A stretch of DNA of 64,000 nt from the NCBI GenBank assembly GCA_037443035.1, contig JBBIPC010000004.1, positions 25,502 through 89,501 of the forward strand, in the 5' to 3' direction. Source of the DNA: Chthonomonadales bacterium. Lineage in GTDB: Bacteria > Armatimonadota > Chthonomonadetes > Chthonomonadales > CAJBBX01. The position numbers and the translations under genes were made by a program. The notes beneath the pieces were generated by a model. The model saw only the letters and a program-made list of their open reading frames with translations. It made no database searches and had not been told where the DNA came from. This document shows, piece by piece, positions 61,301 through 64,000 of this stretch. Numbering within the stretch: the stretch's first letter is position 1; each line of letters opens with the position of its first letter.

Positions 61301-61924
61301 CAGCTCCGAATCCACCCACGATGGAGCCAGCGTCAACACTTCGTAGTTCGCCCCGACCGCCTCTCCCGTCTCATTGTCGCTCCCCATGAACGTCAGCTTG
61401 TCGCCCTGACGATCCACGACGACACCGAACTTCGCGTGTAGCAACCCGACGCCCCGCCGCGGTACCCCCACGCGCACTTCCAACAGCCCTTGCTGCACCA
61501 ACCAAGCCAGCATCTCCAGCCGCCGTTTCTCCAGAGCCTCCGTGGGCGTTGTCAGCCTGCGCATCAACTTCCGCTCCAGAGCGCGCGTCTCGCCTGTCGC
61601 CAGGAGCGCCTCCACATCCTCGGGCTCCAGGTGCTCGTTGACGATCAATCGCGCCGCCGGCCGAGGCGCTTCCGAACCCAGCTTCAGCAGGGTCTCGATG
61701 AACTTCCCGAAACCGCGCGCCGCCAGCGAAAGCACACGGCTGGAAAAATAGGCGCAGCAACGGTCGTAGCGAATTGCCCGGCTCAGCGCGGGGACGTACA
61801 GCTGCTCCAGAAGGTCCGCTTCCGGCGAGGACAGGAACTTCGGCCACTGCACATCCCGGAGGCTGCCGCCCCCCGCCTCAGGCGTCCTCTTCGTCGTACT
61901 CCTCGTCGTCCTCGGCTTCCTCAT
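58331..61924 (-). CDS. PLD-nuclease plus SNF2-family helicase fusion (restriction-like defence subunit)
   Basis: HKD-type LHAKFGVVVD...GSDNET; Walker A CDEVGLGKT; DEAH; LSATP; SEGLNLQ; YDLPWNP; EQRIGRIDRIGQ; GAGGAG before ATG 61924. Confidence 0.9.
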   Translation of the reverse strand: MRKPRTTRSTTKRTPEAGGGSLRDVQWPKFLSSPEADLLEQLYVPALSRAIRYDRCCAYFSSRVLSLAARGFGKFIETLLKLGSEAPRPAARLIVNEHLEPEDVEALLATGETRALERKLMRRLTTPTEALEKRRLEMLAWLVQQGLLEVRVGVPRRGVGLLHAKFGVVVDRQGDKLTFMGSDNETGEAVGANYEVLTLAPSWVDSELAERFCTEFERLWAKEHPEVLTLPLPDAVRLKLIKMAPRDAPVAEPVASMELARAAMVWQFLAAAPYLENGGATCDATAPTNPWPHQTRVVEETAGAFPEGRLLCDEVGLGKTIEAILILRRLMAGRGVRRALLLLPAGLMRQWQEELREKGGLLVPIYDKESLSHPDGRKEPMDPRTALTRDGPLIVSREWARLEQNRALLCDAPSWDLVLMDEAHAARRKEMDENAFNQGNLLLELLRELQLRGHARGFLLLSATPMQIEPWEPWDLLAILGVGGKWLSSFDRVRTYYGVLASLESGRSPSLEQLRVVRSLLTQDGEDQHPVELLTRRDAEKLRRQSPLAKRMHRSTREKLREYFRKGWLEHEPPVRDVRDEVYNFETAEERQAYDQITRYIDRRYEQLERERGGKGFVMTIYRRRAASSPRALRRSLERRMEAVRAVMERRGFDESSVVEIEEALLMDLADADLEERVDSALPPNEVEARREYSEIEKLLAKLDELGGMDSKLSRFMKVLDMVESDGRSVLVFTEYTDTMEYLRDKLTPLWDKKVACYSGRGGERYEDGRWVRATKGEITELLERGDIRVLICTDAASEGLNLQAAGALINYDLPWNPSRVEQRIGRIDRIGQRHRTLPVVNLFLENSVDMSVYRALRRRCRLFEQFIGDMQPVLALAREVLRRAAANGRDAEDRIERMADEVEKRAEIRAAFSASSVLDSVPTGPEPGATREDVRAGLDELASLECALKVKTPSKGVWRIRGLGGKAVDVALDADVLERHSNAIPLTLWEALPARIAGKLSGTLPALPLVTAECREGSYCCREAWWAGPVPVRVTTLGKLRELMAKWDGSVVAPEQIMRTEVEARKHARRRAEEAVRQATERFRAGLQQQVDAAFARLRRALARHLRMYGSGDLNVLWRRLSDAQGERSDWCRRAREYLGDYVDWTEEEREDAKRHAADSPASKRQSTGLAPELEAAVRDPRWKARDTLRQIRNIG

Positions 61925-64000
61925 CGTCTCCTCGGCTGTCCGTGAACAGGTCCGCTTGCGGTAACGGCTCTTTCCATTCCTCCACCTCACCGCCGAAGAG
62001 AGCCCTGTACATCTCGTGCCAAGCACGGAACTCCCAGTAGATATCGCCGGCCGTCTTGTTCTTACCCTTGCCAGCGAAGCGCACCGCCTCCGGAGCTGTC
62101 TTCAGAAGCGCCGACATGAGAAGCTCGCATGGCCCACCGGCTTTCCAGCCCTGCTGCCGTGCCAGAGATGCCGCCGCACCGATCCCGTTCTGGCCCCGGC
62201 CCGCGTCGTCGTAGCGCAGGGCTAACGCGTGGCACATGTCCACTGCCGTCTCGAACCGCGAGTCGTCGGGATGCACCTTCCGCACAACCCGACGTTTCCT
62301 CGGCGCCTCCAGGCCGAGTCGAGTGCTGTCGAGACGGAGCGGCTGCTCCCGGCGTCGCTCCAAGGCCGTCAGGATCCGTACCTGGTCGCCCGACTTGGCC
62401 ACCAGCCCGGCGTCCACAAGGCTCCCCACGTCCATGCCCACGGACCGCCCCAAGAGCATGGCCTCGTTGAACCGAAACTCGCCGGCCCGGAGCACGTCCC
62501 AGCACAGCAGGTAGAACCGACTCTCGGCATCTACGCCCTCCAACCCGCGGACCGCCATCTGCTCCACACGCCACTCGATGACGGCGTCCGCTGCCAGCTG
62601 GATGGCGTCGTCCACGCTCACGCGGGCACCCGTATCAGTTCGCACCTCGTCGTAGGCGGTGAAGGGCTCCATGGCCGCACCGAACGAGCCCACCATCTCG
62701 TCCACGGGGTTGAACCCCTCTGCCTGCAGTTGCGCCGCCTTGGCCCGCGCAGCCTGACGCATGCGCCCCTGTAGCTCCGCATCGAACCAGCCGCGCCCTG
62801 CACCCTCCGGCCGCTTGCGCGCCACGAGAATCACGGTACTCTGGGCCGCGTTCTTGTTGGCAATGTGCAGGCTGTGCTGGCTCTCGGTCTGAACCGGCCA
62901 CGTGGCCGTGATGGTGAACCCTGCGGCGATGAGCGATTCGAAGAGGGCCGCCCAGGCGCTCTGCTGTATGTGGGTGAACATGACGGTCAGGACCCCGTCA
63001 TCGCGCAGGACCCGATGCGCCTCCCGGAACGCGTCCGTCATGAGGCGCTGGTAGCGAGCGTGGGACTCCGCCCTGGCGTCCTGCGTCTTCTTGCCGTCGG
63101 AGGCGTGGCGGGAGACGTTGACCACGGCCTCCTGATCGTGGTCACACAGGTAAGTCCCGAACCACTCAGGTCGCCGGTGCCCCTGCGTGCGCTTCAGCCA
63201 GACGTAGAAGAAGTCCGCCAGCTCCGCATACTGGACGTTGTCGGCGTAGGGTGGATCCACCACCACGGCCGTCACCGAGCCGTCGTCCAGATGCGCCAGG
63301 TTCGTGGCGCTCCCCTGGGTGATCTCCACCGGGCGCGCGTTCTCCGCACGCGGCAGCTCCGCCAGCTTCTCGTAGGCGTCCAGCACGTTGTCAATGGCCC
63401 ACGCCAGCCCGCCGCCCGAGACGCATGGGGCAAGTTCCGCAAAGGTCGGACGGAATGCGTAATCGTGACGATCGAACTTCCCCGCGATAACCCCACGGCC
63501 GCATCCCCACTTGCTAAGGCCGCAGTTGAAGTTCGCGAACTTGTCCACCACCAGCGCCAGCAAGTGGACGATGGCCTCGCCCATCTCCTCGCCCTCGGTC
63601 TCGATGATCTCCGGTCGAAGCCGCCGCAGTTCCTCCACCAGCACGCCCATGGAGAGCAGCTGGCGCGGCGAGAACATGGAGGCCCAGTGCATAATCCCGA
63701 AGTTCATGATCTCGCGAGTCTTCAAACCTAGAGGGAGCGCTTCCGTTGGTATAATCCCGTCCCGCTCCCACTGGGGGCGGAGGCGCGCCAGCTCCTTCTC
63801 GGCTTCGGCCAGGGCGCGGAGGTCGGTCTCGTCGGCGGGACGGAACTCGAGCTTCGTCGTGGCCTTGGTGGCGACGGCGTAGAGGGCGCTGCCCATCCTG
63901 CCGAGCTGCGCCTGGGCCTTGATGTAGTCCGCGGCGATGGGGCCACCGGAGAAGAGCGAAACGCCCTTTCCGCCTTTGTACGTGGGCGGCGGCGGTGTGC
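61878..64000 (-). CDS. DUF1156-type adenine DNA methyltransferase, 5' part outside the window
   Basis: Frame open to position 64000; MFSPRQLL, GSAT.L, VDPPYADNVQYAELADFFYVWLKR, RVLRDDG.LTVMFTH, AGFTITATWPV.TE. Confidence 0.88.
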   Translation of the reverse strand, partial: TPPPPTYKGGKGVSLFSGGPIAADYIKAQAQLGRMGSALYAVATKATTKLEFRPADETDLRALAEAEKELARLRPQWERDGIIPTEALPLGLKTREIMNFGIMHWASMFSPRQLLSMGVLVEELRRLRPEIIETEGEEMGEAIVHLLALVVDKFANFNCGLSKWGCGRGVIAGKFDRHDYAFRPTFAELAPCVSGGGLAWAIDNVLDAYEKLAELPRAENARPVEITQGSATNLAHLDDGSVTAVVVDPPYADNVQYAELADFFYVWLKRTQGHRRPEWFGTYLCDHDQEAVVNVSRHASDGKKTQDARAESHARYQRLMTDAFREAHRVLRDDGVLTVMFTHIQQSAWAALFESLIAAGFTITATWPVQTESQHSLHIANKNAAQSTVILVARKRPEGAGRGWFDAELQGRMRQAARAKAAQLQAEGFNPVDEMVGSFGAAMEPFTAYDEVRTDTGARVSVDDAIQLAADAVIEWRVEQMAVRGLEGVDAESRFYLLCWDVLRAGEFRFNEAMLLGRSVGMDVGSLVDAGLVAKSGDQVRILTALERRREQPLRLDSTRLGLEAPRKRRVVRKVHPDDSRFETAVDMCHALALRYDDAGRGQNGIGAAASLARQQGWKAGGPCELLMSALLKTAPEAVRFAGKGKNKTAGDIYWEFRAWHEMYRALFGGEVEEWKEPLPQADLFTDSRGDDEEAEDDEEYDEEDA

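Larger units (their letters stand above)
58283..64000. mobile_element. Probable defence island at the tRNA-Arg 3' end (incomplete)
   Basis: Defence genes end 48 nt after a tRNA; codons look more G/C-ending than the flanks. No integrase or att duplication inside the window. Confidence 0.45.

Overview
A 64-kb window of GC-rich bacterial chromosome, mostly core genes. The gene mix (Firmicutes-like cdaA-cdaR and tmk-pstA, a predicted beta-barrel protein, PqaA, hopanoid genes) suggests an Armatimonadota-like diderm, but that is inference only. Left to right: Wzm/Wzt-type ABC exporter; cdaA-cdaR-membrane protein-DUF4129-tatD operon; pqaA; Lrp regulator plus aminotransferase; hopanoid cluster (unknown ORF-shc-hpnH-hpnA-ispH-hpnG); ANTAR response regulator-amtB-glnK; tRNA-Val; propeller/phosphoesterase; uronate isomerase; ChaN-like protein; mutS-mutL-metH; rpsB-tsf-pyrH-frr-uppS-nadA; AAA/R3H-tmk-pstA-hypothetical-dacB; membrane protein-alpha-2-macroglobulin-VanW; rsfS; metK behind a SAM-I riboswitch; a Gfo/Idh/MocA oxidoreductase; tRNA-Gly; an atypical OmpR-family regulator; cstA; tRNA-Arg; then a DUF1156 methyltransferase and PLD-SNF2 helicase defence locus truncated by the window edge. 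Best leads: (1) a thioester alpha-2-macroglobulin coupled to a VanW protein instead of the usual PbpC; (2) an ANTAR dual-hairpin RNA switch in the amtB leader, next to its candidate regulator; (3) an orphan response regulator whose phosphorylation pocket is replaced by His/Met, with tandem boxes upstream; (4) codon-atypical patches in the defence methyltransferase. Family calls come from motif recognition by eye; no searches were run.
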